Assembly: GCA_028534125.1 (NCBI GenBank)
Contig: CM052818.1
Coordinates: 5,644,001 to 5,708,000 of the forward strand
Length of the DNA stretch: 64,000 bases
From: Lama glama
Lineage: Eukaryota
Direction of reading: 5' to 3'
The notes beneath the pieces were generated by a model. That model searched no databases, was not told the DNA's origin, and was given only the letters and a program-made list of their open reading frames with translations. This document shows, in pieces, positions 50,251 to 64,000 of this stretch. The stretch's first letter is position 1, and every line of letters starts with the position of its first letter. Made by a program: the position numbers and the translations under genes.

Positions 50251-52579
50251 TGTGTGAAAGAAGTCAAAAAGAATGCCCGCCAATGAGCCAGACACGTCTA
50301 TCTCCTATTTACCATCGCGCCAAATACGTCGTTGGCAACGGGCATCGTGGACAGGAGGATCCCCTTGGCTGGCACATGCCCATTGCGACGGAGCTGCTAC
50401 AGTAGACCACAGACAAAAGGCCAAGAGCAAATGGGCTTCGCCAGAAAATCAGCTTCATCATCTATCAACAGGAAGCGTGGGCACATGGTCAAAAATTGGA
50501 TCTACTCAAGTCCCTCTATTCTTGACTCTGTCTGCTCTCTGAGATGCCTGGCCATGCTCCTCCTGTGAGAACATGTATCTGTAGCAGATGAATGATGTTA
50601 GGCCCTTTGAAGGTGTAAACGGGGTGCCATATTTCCATTCTGGCTAGAAAGAAGGAACTAGATTCCACTAATCTTTCAAAGTTCTCCAACAGAAAGATCA
50701 TCAATCGAGTTCGTACAGTATTAGATGTTTTCCTTTTAAGTATTAACGCCTTGCATGTTTCTGAAACACATCAAGATAAATGCTCACCCATCTCACCACG
50801 GATGAGGGTGGGAGGGAAAAAAAGTGTACGGTGGGTGACATTACTAGAGGGAGTGCACCTGGGGTTACACCCCTGGAAGTTGACATTTTTATGTCAACAA
50901 CTAAACGCAGCCACTGGTAATTAAAGGTATTTCTTCGCAGCTCCTGAGCCAGCAGGGTCAGGCACCGGTTTACATCACAAGCCAGTCCTTTATGCATGTG
51001 GATTTGCCAGCATTATCTGCACAGGGAGAAGGAAACATTAGCAGCAGCTGTCTCTCTGCTTTTACACTGAAAATTCTATTCATACAGACAGGTGGAGTAA
51101 TTTAAAAGCCAATGTGGTACAATTTCCATGTGACTAATGTCACTGCCTACTAAAATGCCACCATTACCACTGTTTATGGAAACATTACTAAAATTACATT
51201 TTATTCATAAGAATTTTAGGATTCTGGTTATTGCTAGCTTGAAAATGATCAGACCTCAGTGTCATACCCCAGAGCGGTGGTTTAATTCTCCAGGGTTTAG
51301 CAGCCTTCTTTGCTGAGAAACGACAGTTGGATTGTAGTTTCAAGAGTAATCGGGGAGGCATAAGCAGCTCCCTCTATCTCCATAAAGCAAATTAAAGACA
51401 TAGCTCTTTGGCGTCCTGAACATGTGACAGGCAAAACATCTTCAAGGAGCTAAATTCTGTGTTAGAAGTTTAGTTAGGATTTGCATGAGGCAAGATTCCT
51501 CACCCCCAAATCACGGTGGTGCATCGTTAGTGATAGACAGGGGTAGAGATCCACGTACTTCCGTAAGGGAGGAGGGACAGTTAATGTTTAAAATCTGAAA
51601 TTCTAACAATGTACAAATGATTGCAATTGCGCAAAATATCAACAGCTGCAGCAATGCCTTTTTTTATGGGCAGATACGTCTGGAAAAAGGACCATCCTTG
51701 ACCCTCCGTGACCAATAACCATCAGGTTGCATGCTGGAGTTCTAAGCCAAACACTCTGGCTCATATTTTTATTTCAAAAACACTAATTAGTTAGGTCATG
51801 AAATGAGATTATAATTATTATCTTTGAACTCCCACCATGCAATTTGATTTGTTCTGTGTTTCAGAGGTAACCTGGTAGAAAGCACATGGAAATTCAAGTC
51901 AGGAGATCCCTGTTTCAACTCGGCCAGTGCCTAGCTTTTGACCTTGAGAAAAATCATTAACTCCTATAACCTTCACTTTTTGTCATCCTGCCTACCTTAC
52001 AAGACTGCCTTAAGAATCCAGTGGAGATGAAAATACTAAACTACACAGCCCCAGAGAGATATGTATTATAATTTTGTTTAGCCTTCTGATCAATTTTTTT
52101 TTCCTTCGGCTGTTAACAGGACAAAATGATCCAATGTCAAAAGAGCCAAGTAATTAATAGATCATTTTTTTAATAGATCATTTTTTTTAAGTAACATTCT
52201 GTTGGCAGGAGATAATTTCATTTCTTTTTAAAAATGAAATCAAGTCATTTTCGTGGAGTTCCCTGCCCCGTGAAGTTTGGAAACTGACTTCTCGTTAAAT
52301 AATAGATGGGAATGGGTCCTAAGCTTCGATAAACTGCAAGAGGAGTTATCTCCACTCACAGATGTTTCTTAGGATGAGAGTTCCTATTAACAGACTACAC
52401 CTCCTGGCCTCTGGACATCCCCAAAACTTCTTAGAACCTCGATCCTCAGGGGTCATTCGTGTCACGGGAGAGCCCATGGGCTCTGCGGGGATGCTAGCGA
52501 CAAAGTTAAGGTAAAAACAGGTAAAAAGTGATGGCAGAATATTAAGAACTGAAAAGCAAAGACATCTAAAAGGTTAAGT

Positions 52580-52705
52580 TTATATATATATAAAATATAT
52601 ATATCAAAAAATTATATATAACATATAATCAATATATATCATTATATAAATATATATAATGTATGTATTTATATATATGTCAATATATATAAATTTGCAT
52701 ATATT
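52580..52705. repeat. (TA)n low-complexity tract
   Basis: Imperfect tatata run of about 125 bp. Confidence 0.9.
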
Positions 52706-55700
52706 GTCCCTTTTTTTTTTCTGAAAGGATCATCCCTAGAGGACACTCAAATGTAAGCATTTAGTTAAGTCAAAGCAAAGCTCTTCTTCAGAATGTTGTG
52801 CATTATCTACTGTAAAACCAAGTAACTTGTGTCCCATTTAAGTCTCAGCCAACTTAAGATGTTTGCATTTACAACATCAAGTTACTGGAGGCCTTTTGTT
52901 TTCTTTCAAGTTATCTTTTCTTCCTCGTGTTTAGAGATAGAGCAATACTTCTTGTGTTGGGAGCCATGCTCCCTGGGCTGTAAGTGCTGAGGGAAGGCAT
53001 TCTGCAATGGCAAGAGGAAACAAAAACAAAAAGGTCTTCAACGTGTTAGAAAATTGCCTGCCTTCCTTGGCTGTCAGAGGGTCTCCACAGGCCAACCAAG
53101 AAACAGGAGTTTTATCTGAGCGTCTGAGGGCTCTCTCTTGCTCCCGACACACTGGGGTGAGGGTCCAGCGCACGGAGGAAAGCCACTTCTCCCGGCTCAG
53201 GACTCGCAAATGGAGGGACGAGCAGTATTGAAACATTAGCATCCTTGTCAGCCGCAGTCATTTTGCTGTGAACCCCCACAATCAACAATCACTATCATTA
53301 CTACCTTGGAGCCTTAATAAAATGATTTCTGCTGCCTCATGGCGTTCGGCATACCTCAGGTAGGCTGGGGCCATAACCAAGAGGGTCTGGAGACCACTGC
53401 AATGGGGACTCCACTATTTGGTTATCCTCCGGCATTGGCTTCCATCAGCAAAAAGAGAAAAACCAGAGCCCTGAACAGAGCTATTTAGGGGATTCGAATA
53501 AGTAAAATAGATCAGTTTTCGCCACCAGGATTGGTATGGATGGCAGGGATTCAGAGAGATTTGTCCTACAGAAAAATGCCCAAGCACATGGAGACCTATA
53601 TGCACACACAGTCATAATCGCACTTCCATTATAAAGACTGATGTGATGGGGATGCTTCCAGTTAAGTCAAAGTATCCGAAATCCCACGGTACATAGATTT
53701 ACTTCTCCTGGCAAAACAGCCAACCAACTAACCAAACCAAACCCAACCAAATCAAAATACTGGAATCCTTTCTAACGCGAAACTATCGTTTCTTCTTTCC
53801 ATCACACTTTCATTCTTTAAAACAAAGTACCTTCACTAGGAATCTTAAACACCGAGGAAGTAAAAAAACGAAGGACATAAAATCCCTAAGGGTTGGACTC
53901 AGTTTAAAAACTACACTCACACATATCTAAGTGATGTTCCAATTTTAATCTGAAAGATAAACTGAGCAGGGGCAGTTTCATATTCATTATAAGAGTTTGG
54001 TATTTTATCTTCAAAACTACATCGTCACTAAGAGAAATCAGAAGACGACGTGATATTGACACATGCTTTGAAGTTGAAACAGCTGGCTAGTGTTCCAGTG
54101 GTTCTGTATATCAGCAACCAACAATTTAATAAATTCGGCTTCTATCACCTCTGTTTGGAACCCAATCCTTTATTCAATTAACCCGATTAAGAGTATATCA
54201 GAACACCAAACTACAGACTATTTTTAACTTTGCCTTGGAAACAAAAGGAAAATTTTAGAATCATCTGACGAATTGCCAGCCAGACTCTACAAAAAGTCCC
54301 TTATAGAAGGCACTGATCATCAACGAAATGAACACGCCATTTGACTGAGCACAAAAACCTCCATCACACCCCGAAAAATAACAGAGCCCCTGTCAGAGGT
54401 CCTCTGTTTAGGGGTCCCAGGTACCTAGATACATGTTCAATTTTAAAGCTGGACTTTTGTTTTAACTTCTGACTGTTTTTCCCCCATGCCTCCTCATCAG
54501 CCCGACGGTAATTACCCCAGGTCAGAGGTGCATAACTTTGACGGGGAAGAAAGGCTGGGGCGAAGGGTAGGAGGTGTGTGCGAGGCTGGGAGGGAGCTCT
54601 GCCAGGTCACTAATGGCCTCTGGGGCAACAACTTGGAGAACAGGCTGATGCTTCGCCTTTGATCTTCTAATTCACAATGATCATTAGTATTAACTCCGAT
54701 TCTTCTGGGTGAAGAATTCCAGCTGTAGCCTTTTCAGTTTACCTGACCTAAGAAAATTCATCACCCATCCCATTAGGATTTCAATAACCAGCTAAGAAAA
54801 AGAAAAAGGCAGTTGCCCCAGAATCTAGAAACCACTCGCTTCATTTATTAAAACAGAGTTTATTTGTTGGATACTACAGAAGAATTAGGGCATTCCAATA
54901 TTACCTCCAAGTAATTAAATTCATCTATTTCATTTTTCTCCTGAGACAGAGGATTTCCAACTGGGTAAATTAAAAAAAAAAATTCAGGGTCCTAGCCAAT
55001 CAAAGTTGAAATAATCTGTCTCAGAAGTAGCAGAGATCTTTTAAAATTAAGATGTAGAGATTTGTCCTCCAAGCCTGTGTTAGTTTTGGCAAAGCTGAGC
55101 TCTGACCATCATCCTTACTAAAGCCTTTGAAGTTGAGTGGTAACCACATGAAAGGAAAAAGCTAGTAAGTATGAAGATATTCTTACAGATAAAAGAGCGC
55201 TCATTTGTGATACGGTACATAGGCATCTGAAAGGAAAAAGAATATCTCACTTCTTCACACTCGGTTGTCACGTATCTTAATTTAATAATATATCTGTAGA
55301 TACCATGTAATGAAGAAGGTATCAAAGTTAGCTGCCATCTCCACAACCACGCTTCCTGGTTCAGGCATATGGACATGGAGGACTAGTTAGGACCAGGGTG
55401 AAGGAGGGACTGTCTTTCTCAAACATTTTTTCCTACTCTGATGGACATTTCAGGCAAGAGTTTGAGAATGTTGTCTTCCTGCCTCACTGCCTTCTTAGGA
55501 CTGATGGCAGCTGAAGGATGCTGACTGGGAAGGCACAATAAAGAATATTCACTGTTAAAACTGGCAAAGAATGGAGGTGAGGGATAGAAAGAGAAATAAA
55601 AATGGGAGAAGAGGAGCAAATTCCACCTGCTACCTGACTATGTGCCTCCGGGTAGGTCCTTCCAGCTGCCTTTTGACCTTCCACTCACCTAGATCAACAA

Positions 55701-56081
55701 AGTGGGTTATCTGGATACCAATCAGAAGTACTTTTTCATTGCAACAATAATTCATAATGTTGAGAGAGCAATTCTTCCAGAGTTGCAAGCAGAGATATGA
55801 CACTAAGATGTCTCCACCAGATCTTGTTACCAAAAGCAAAACCAATGAAACAACATCTGTCTCTTCCAGAGCATTCAATTCCCAATTCAATTCCACTTAC
55901 TCCCTCCTTAGAGTGGCGGACCCGCAGGGCACTTTTCATCTAATAGTGTTTCTATGGAAACGCCATTCTCAACCTGGAAGATGCTTCAACCCCTCGTTTT
56001 GGCTTTATCCACATTTGAGAGGGAAGTGTTATAAATCAGAAATTGAGACATAAATTTGGCCACAGCAAAAAAAAATAATAA

Positions 56082-56114
<33 letters not shown>

Positions 56115-59100
56115 TTCAGGCTGGAAGTTGAAAGAAGGAAAGAAAGAAAACAAAATCAAATAGCAAAGTGTGTCTGTCTAACTCAGAAACAAAAGCTGTC
56201 TCTCTGGTACCCAATGGGATCCTCAAGATCAGTGAAAGGATGGGGAATCCAAGAGAATGTGAATGAAAATCAATTCACCTTCAGGATCACCTCCCGCACC
56301 GCACCGGTCAATGTCAAGTACCTCACCCTCTTGAATGGTCTCTACACCTGAATCTGCAGGTATGCATTTTAACAACCTCTACTCTCCCTAACTTTTCAGG
56401 ATTCTTGGGGCACGCAGTAGCTCCATGCAGGAAAATAGTCACTGCATATTTTAAATAAGAACCATATTAACCACTTTTCTATTTAGATTATATTTAAAAC
56501 TGCAGTATACTAGGGTAGGAAACCAAAAAGGACAGAGACCCTTGATTTTTTACCTTAGACACTGTATTTATTCCTTCTCCTCATTTTTATTAGCCCTTAG
56601 GCACATACCTTTGTAACGCTCTGTAGCAAAATAACCAGTAATAATACAAACCACATCTAGCTTAAACATATGACACAGTAGGTTATATTTACAGTTGGAG
56701 TAATACCCTTAGGAAGGGGAAAAAAAAAACTAAACCTTGATGTTTCATATGCCGCTGAACTGACTGTGACTATATAGTGACTCATACTCACATATTAAGT
56801 ACTTTCTAATTGTTCGCAATAATTTGTCTTCAGGCAAATGCAAGCATTTCTATCAACAAATGCTTTTATTTTCTTTCTAATTTTCTCTCATTATCTAAAT
56901 AACGTCAGTCACTCTTTTCAGTTCCAGGGAAATCATTTCTTTTAGGAGATCTTCTCTAGTTATCAAAACTGGCAAAGGTTCCACTAAGTCTAAGCTGGAA
57001 ATTCACGTCCCTGAAATTTCCTTTTACCCTAGAATCACCAGCGTTCAAAGCCTGTTTCCTTTTTCTTTTATTGTTTTCATTATACACAAGTATGTCCAGT
57101 TTAGCTTGCTAGAGACCATGAGTCCAAGAATGAAGCTTTAGTTCTCTCGTTGGAGTAGTAAAATATGTTACTGATTAAGTCTACCTGTGGCCAACTACGA
57201 AAGGCACGTTTTTCTTCTGCAGCTGGGGTGCAAATCCAGAAAGTTTTTTTTTTTTTAAATTCTACTCCACCAGCAAACAAATGCTGAAAGCCCTTTCAAA
57301 GACAGATTTTTTTAAACTGAATAAACCCAATGAAAAGATTGACCCATTTATTTAAAAAAAGAAAAAAAAATTGCAATTCGCTTTCCAAAAGGTGTGTGAG
57401 GTTTTAGAACATGCCTTTTGGCATCTAAAAGATTCGTTTGTACCATTTGCTAATAAATTGTTACTGCTATTGTTTTAATTAGCCTGAGCTTCATTTGTTC
57501 TTTTGTATCTAGCAAGATTTCAGGAAGGATTTCCTGGATAAGTTGCATTAATCATAAAGCGAGAATATGATCGTCGAAAATTTGTACACAGTGTTCCAGA
57601 TGAATTGTGCATCCCCAAAGACCTCTCAGCTTGTGAAATAAATCTGCTAAAGAATTAATAGTGAGATACCAGGAGATACTTACATTTGGACAAACAGTAA
57701 TAAAAACTCTTGTTAATAGGTTCTAGGGAAGCTTTCTCACTGGGGGAAGGAAAGAGGGAGAAAAGCTAAAGCTTTCTACTGTAATTGCCCCGATAATAGA
57801 TAGATTACAAAATACAATGCAAATCTTACTGGTATTTTTAGTGTCTTGTTGTTCTTGTTGTTGTTTTTAAAAAATAATATAGCTCTTGGCAAGGTTCCTC
57901 ACAAGGTTATGACCTAGAAAACCAGGAAATTTTGTGGATGAATAAAAGAACCTGCTTCTCCCTCCTGATTCTGTCTGAACCAATATTTGATTATATTTTA
58001 TTCAGGGGCACCTCAGCTTCAAGTGAAGCCAAAACTCCTTTGCAGATGAAGATGGAGGCTAATGAAGTCTATGACTTTTTGTTTTCTGTTAGTATGGAAA
58101 TAGAAGTAGTTTGGTTGTGACTTCAGGGTCAACCTGATTTTACCTCCTTCCACTCATCCTTCTGATCAGGTTAGCTGGTCAGCTCTGGTGGTGGAGCATC
58201 AGCATGGCTGCATCAGCTCTTTGGCCCAACTGTCACTTCTTCTCTCCTGCTCATTTTAAATGCTATTTATTTATTTTTCATGCTACGCCCTCTAGACCCT
58301 AGTCCTCCCCACCCCCGTTCAGCAGTAATCGATAATCTTCAGCAGCAAACTTGCACAGGGCAGAGCTCAACCTAGTCACATATAATGCAACAAGTGTCGG
58401 GCAAGTAACCGCGCCCTAATCAGATTTTAGGTTAACCAAATAGGATGTCAAAATCAGCCAAACCATCTAAGGCTTCAGCTAACTACCAGCATTAACCAGC
58501 CCCTAAAGCTGATTCCCAAACTGTCAGCATCATCGAGGTACGGTTTGGAATCGTGGTGGGAAGAAGGAAAGAAAGAAAACTCTTTTTCTGAGTTACTCCT
58601 GCTGCTCTCAGTTTTTCTTTGATTCACAGATGCTGGAAAATCAGCATTAATTTATACCCTTGAGTGTTCCTGGAGGCACAGCCTCTGCCGAGAGGAGTAG
58701 GACCAATGGCCTTCAGTGTCACATCAGTGACAATGCAGAAATAACTCTGATACTGAAGAAAAACAAATGACTTGAAGAAAAGCAAACTATGCTAAAAAAG
58801 AATAACATGAAAGGTTTGCTCCTGACATTTTTTTTTTAAAAACCCAGATTCTTAACATTCATTCATCTTGAGCTAATCTATGCTATGACCTGTCTGAATT
58901 CATCCTCAGTCCCTAACATTGAAAGTTTCCCTGGTGCACAATTTGGCTGATTTTTTAAAAAAATGTTATTTGACCCAGAAAATTTCATGTTTGTCTTCTG
59001 CCTTAGATGTCATTACACCAGTATGCATTTACAAAAATACCCACCAAAATATTATGATTCTAAATATTTTGAACATGAATTCCATTCAGAACAATAACCA

Positions 59101-59818
59101 AACCAAACAAATCCCTCGGTGGCATAAAGCCCCTAGGCTCCAGTTTCTCGCATTGCCTGGAGAGTCCCTGCAGTGAGAACAGCAATATTCACACAGACAA
59201 TATAAACTGTGACTCGGCTTGAGAAGCCACCAGGGACTACACAGGAAGAGCGGACTCCATACTGCTGTTTTCCTTTACGGTTCTCAATGCAGGGACAGCT
59301 TTCACTGAGCGGCTCTGCCTCGGACGCACCTGTTAGAATGGCAGCCAGGACCTTCAAACCACTGAAAAGCAAGTTAGGTGAGCACCCTGCCCTTGCAACA
59401 AGATTTACACTTTTTGGGCAGACCATTCGCCATAAAGGTCCACCATAAAGCCTTCGAAGAAATGAAGTCCCTCTCTCTGGGCTTTGTCTGGCTCTGTTCT
59501 TCGTGGGACCTGGTTCTAGGTACTTAAGAGTCACACTGAGAAAAGCAACAGCATTAACATACATCCTTAAAACCATAAGGGCAAGGGAACTTCTAACCCT
59601 CGGAACGTACCAAAGTGAACAAAATCGCAATAGCAAACTGCATAAAACTCCTTGTTGGGGGTACGAATCTAGGAAACAAGCGCTAACACTTTGGTAAAAA
59701 CGGTGGGGAACACAGTGATTTACGAAATACTCCAAATCCAGGGGGATTGGGTTCCCCCTGTTTCGTTTCGCTATCAAAACTGGTTCATCGCCCGTATTTA
59801 GTTTACATAGGTCATTTA

Positions 59819-59992
<174 letters not shown>

Positions 59993-62900
59993 TCAAATTT
60001 TGACTGATGCTACCTTGACATGCTTTATTCAAATAGAATGCCTTTGGATATAAACAAAACCAAAAGAGCAATATAAATGATTCATTGTTTATTGGGTACT
60101 CTTTTTTTTTTTTTCTTTTTCAAGACAAAGAGAAAGAACAAGGTCCTAGGCTCAAAAGTAGTCAGGTCTGAGGAGCTTCTTCCAAAGGACAGTGGGAAAG
60201 GGCAAAGGGAATGGAGAGGGATGTCTGACTTCTTTAGTGGCTTTGTTGCCGTGGCAATTACTCAGATGTGGACAGTTGAGACATGGGAAGTGTAACTCCT
60301 ACTGGGTAATTAAACATGGTGGAAGCCAGGCGCAGAGGTCCTGTTCCTGCCTGGGCATTCAGATCCCCTAGAGGGTCACTGATGTCAACTTGGGAGAAGA
60401 GGCATTTATTTAAGGTAGCAACTCTTTCCACAAGTGATCTATCTTAAAACTAAAGTAGGCCAGGAACATGTAGTTAATCCATCATATAAGCAATCTGACA
60501 CAGGAATGCTTCAGACAGAATATAATTTTTCTTGCCATAGAAAGAGAACATCAAGCTTAGTAAGGGAAAACCTCTTGAAATCATTTTTTTTTAATTAGAA
60601 AACAGTGACTATTTAAATCCAAGAAAGTGACGGTAAATGAACAGTCCGTTGGGGTTGTATTCCTTATTCATCCAGACAGGTTCTAAAATTTCTTCTAGAT
60701 TTAAATTTTTCTCACCGAAAAGTCACCTGCTTACACATTCCTGTACATTGAACCCTACTTTTCCATGGATTTTTGTTAGAACACTGAAGTTGCTTCTTCT
60801 AGATAAGGTTTGGGATCTGCGACACAATAAAATAAAAAGCGTAGTATTCCTTTCATAACGGCATATTGAACAAGACCAAAAATCAAATTTCTGCCCCTAT
60901 AGTCACACTGTCCAAAACGAGTCATGAGGTGAAAAACTGGAAAGTAAACACCTGGTGTTTGGGCACAAAAGTTAAAAGGGGAAACAACAGTGGGCTGAAC
61001 CTACCACCCGAAAAAGTAGCTTAGCTCCTGTTATACGCTCTGCTCCCCCCGGTACCCCAGCTGTCGGGGGAAGCTCCTGGCTTTTTGAAGAGGACAGGTT
61101 GACCCAGGCGCAGGAAGAAAAGCTCAGAGGCAAGGCTGAGCGATGAGCTAGGCTAGCACACCCACTGGCTTTTGTGAGCCCGGAAGAGCCGTCCATGTGG
61201 CCCAAAGAACTTTGCTAAGACCATACACGGGAACTAGCATCAGATGCCTTCAGATCACTTCACGAATTTCTGTATTCCTTATTTCTGTCCCCTAAATATC
61301 CTCTACACGAGAATTCTCTATGTTGACTTCAGTTACTGCAGTCTAATCTAAAGTAGCTATGTCACCATTTATCAATGGTTCTTAACAGAGCTCCCTTGGG
61401 AAATCCCTCCCATCCCCCCCAAAGAGAAAACTGCCCCTCAAATGACCTTGACTTGTACTGAGTTAAAGCTTAAAATTTTTGCTGGGTGAGGAAGAGGCTA
61501 ATTTCAACATTTCTGCTTTGATTACAGCATATCCACAAAACAAAAAACAAAAAACAAAACTTCTGCAGAACTTTCCTGTTTAATTTTTATCGATTTAAAA
61601 TCCGTGATTTGATTGTACCCCGTGTTTTGCTGACAAAATTTATATACTCTGTTTATGCTCCACGGAATCATAGCTGTGTTCTCAGTGGAAAGCTTGTGAA
61701 GACCCATGGTTCCCAAGCCCTACTGCATCAGTGAAGAAAGTCCTTGTGATCTCCTTGGGTGACTGGCCCAAGGGGGATGGGACTGGGGGGGGGCCGTCCC
61801 AGGACGAACAGACACCCACAGCCCTAAATTAGTGCTCCTCCCACCCCACCAAACCCTTTATTTGCATAACCAAGTGTTCCATAAGGAGTCCCCTTGGAGT
61901 TGCCTAATAAATTCTTTGAAATTCCAATATTTAAAGAGGCTTTTTATTCAGAGAAGCAATTCACCCTCTAAAATAACAATTCATTAAAGAAACATGAGAA
62001 AAGAAAACAACTCAACAGCATTTAAAATTTCAATGGGCTAATCCACTTTCCATATGCGGAAGGTACTGGAGGAAAAGAAACACACGACTCCATCATTGAT
62101 TAAAAACGAAAAGCTTCTAACCTAACTAATGACACAGTTCTCCACCACCTCTCCATGACTGTTTTCCACCTTTAAAACAAACAAAAAAAAAGAGACAGCC
62201 TTTCTCTCCATCTCAAAACCCCTTCAGATTAATTTAGCAGGCAATGCCTAGTGCCTGCCTGGAAGAGAATTCATTGATAATTTATGGAAATATCTACTAT
62301 AATCCAGCGGAGATGACTTTTTTTTTTTCCAGCTTTGTGCATCAATAGATAATCAAGGCCTTAAAGCAGCCTTAGCTTCCCATTACCTCAGGCAAAAGAA
62401 TTCCTGAAAGCGTGCCTTGAGGGCACCTGAATTATATACTCCATTAGGAGAGGAGGGTTTTCTGCATTCCATGTGTAACACTCACCAGAACCTTTCCTGT
62501 TTATTTCTGCTGTATGAAAGCAGAAGCATTAGGAACAGAATTTTTTAAGTGAAGACTTATGTAGATACAATGGAGAAACCTTTCAAGCCAGAGCCAGATC
62601 ACCCCCTTCAGTCCCTGGCAGTGACCTCTCTCGAATAAAAGGTTTCTATTACATCATTAGCTCAAGCCAAAAACAGCCTTGGCTTAATGCACAGTTTGTT
62701 CTTCCTACTGTTTTTAGGCAAATATAGCTACTTTACTCCCATCTGGGAGGGAAATTACACTGCTGGGTTGTAATCTAAGACAAGATTTTCATTGGAAGCA
62801 AATGCTTTCAATCCAGTGTAAATACTGGGGCATGTTCAGAAAAGCTTAAAACAATAAACCCTGCTCCTTCCCGACACAAGTTAGGGAAACGGAGAGGATG

Positions 62901-63169
62901 AGGAAGGAGGGGGCGTAATAAAACAGACTATTCTGAAAGCAAACACTTCCATCGATTTTAATAAATTGTTTAACCTCTTCCACTTTCTAAAACTGAAAAT
63001 GGATCTGAAAGAGTCTCCACCTCAGAGGAAAGTCTCAATGGTCAATTGTCCCTTTCACGTTCCCATCCACGCTGCAATTTGATACAGTCACCTCTCTGTG
63101 GTCTCTGGAGGATTTATTTCCTTGCCTTTTTTTTCTTTTTTTATTTTTTTTTTTATTTTTAAGATCACT

Positions 63170-63660
63170 AAACAAACTTGGAGGACCGCCGGCTGACCAC
63201 ACGGCAGCGGGCAGCAGCTCCGAACCACATTTGTAAAATGTCAGCGGTGACTTCATTCCCGGAGCTGACTTCTCCCGCCGCCAAATGAAGGCAAACTGAA
63301 AAGGTGGAAATAATCATAAAAATGATGCTAGTCCATAAACAAGCTTACAGCCTCATTAGGATAGCAGTAGGCTCCAGTGGGTGATTTATGCTCGGTTTGC
63401 TGATGCTATGAGGAAATGCCATAGGGCGACTTTAGCCAATTGCTAATGGTTTCTGACAGCTTCTTAGCAACTAGTGCAAGCAACGTTGTGGCGTTTGCTA
63501 GTGACAGAAACCGAAAATGTCATATTATCTGCCCATGTGTCATGAAGTCCGTGTGGCAATTAACTAGCAGGCCAGTGACTGAGGGGCCAGAGGCTCCTGA
63601 AAATGGCCTTTGGCTATGCAGAGGCAGCCAATTCTAATGCAGAAAGCCACCTCCCTGCGA
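63170..63660. promoter_or_regulatory. Candidate intron 7 enhancer block with PBX-HOX and MEIS motifs
   Basis: TGATTTAT at 63382-63389, TGACAG at 63454-63459 and 63502-63507, TCATAAAA and CCATAAA, CpG-enriched. Confidence 0.45.
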
Positions 63661-64000
63661 CTTGCCTGGCTCTGATGAGACTGGGCCACTCAAATCCCCC
63701 CTCGGCCCCTCACTGAAGTGCAACTCCAGGCCCCCCCTCTCTCTGGGCCCGGGCTCTGGTGCCATCAGAAGACACTAAAGTGATCTGCTTTGATACGATC
63801 ATCCGATTGGCTCCTTAATTGGCCATACCTGGCCCTGTGCTTTCCGGATGCTGGATGCTGGATTCCAAGGTGCCAGCTCTTCTGCTGCACTCTCCCAAAT
63901 TAGTCTAAAAGGATTTGAGATCACTGAAGCCGACTCCTGGCCTGGGAGGCCAGACGGCTGGGAGGAGAGGCGCTCTGGGCGGCCCCCCAAACCCTGGTGA

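Overview
Mammalian genomic DNA containing the 3' half of the TALE-homeobox gene MEIS1 on the minus strand. A tRNA-derived SINE that I recall as camelid-type suggests a camelid genome. I located six coding exons by reverse-complement translation and splice signals (numbering follows human MEIS1): exon 8 (59831-59976), exon 9 (26169-26245), exon 10 (7259-7317), exon 11 (6063-6152), cassette exon 12 (5660-5755, MEIS1A tail) and terminal exon 13 (from 3518, MEIS1B tail plus a long 3'UTR with several poly(A) signals). The rest is intron, containing L1, L2, L3, MIR, hAT and SINE fragments, microsatellites and several repeat-free blocks rich in PBX/HOX/MEIS motifs. Almost all ORFs in the supplied track are spurious. 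I see no wholly new biological system. The most interesting structure follows the homeodomain. Exon 10 ends in a GC donor. Reading through it gives a 29-aa basic tail whose stop codon lies inside an AATAAA, and there is a second in-frame GT donor 81 nt further on. Exon 11 also has an in-frame upstream AG at -21. Together these could produce C-termini beyond MEIS1A/B. Repeat family names and orthology to human enhancers are recalled, not searched.
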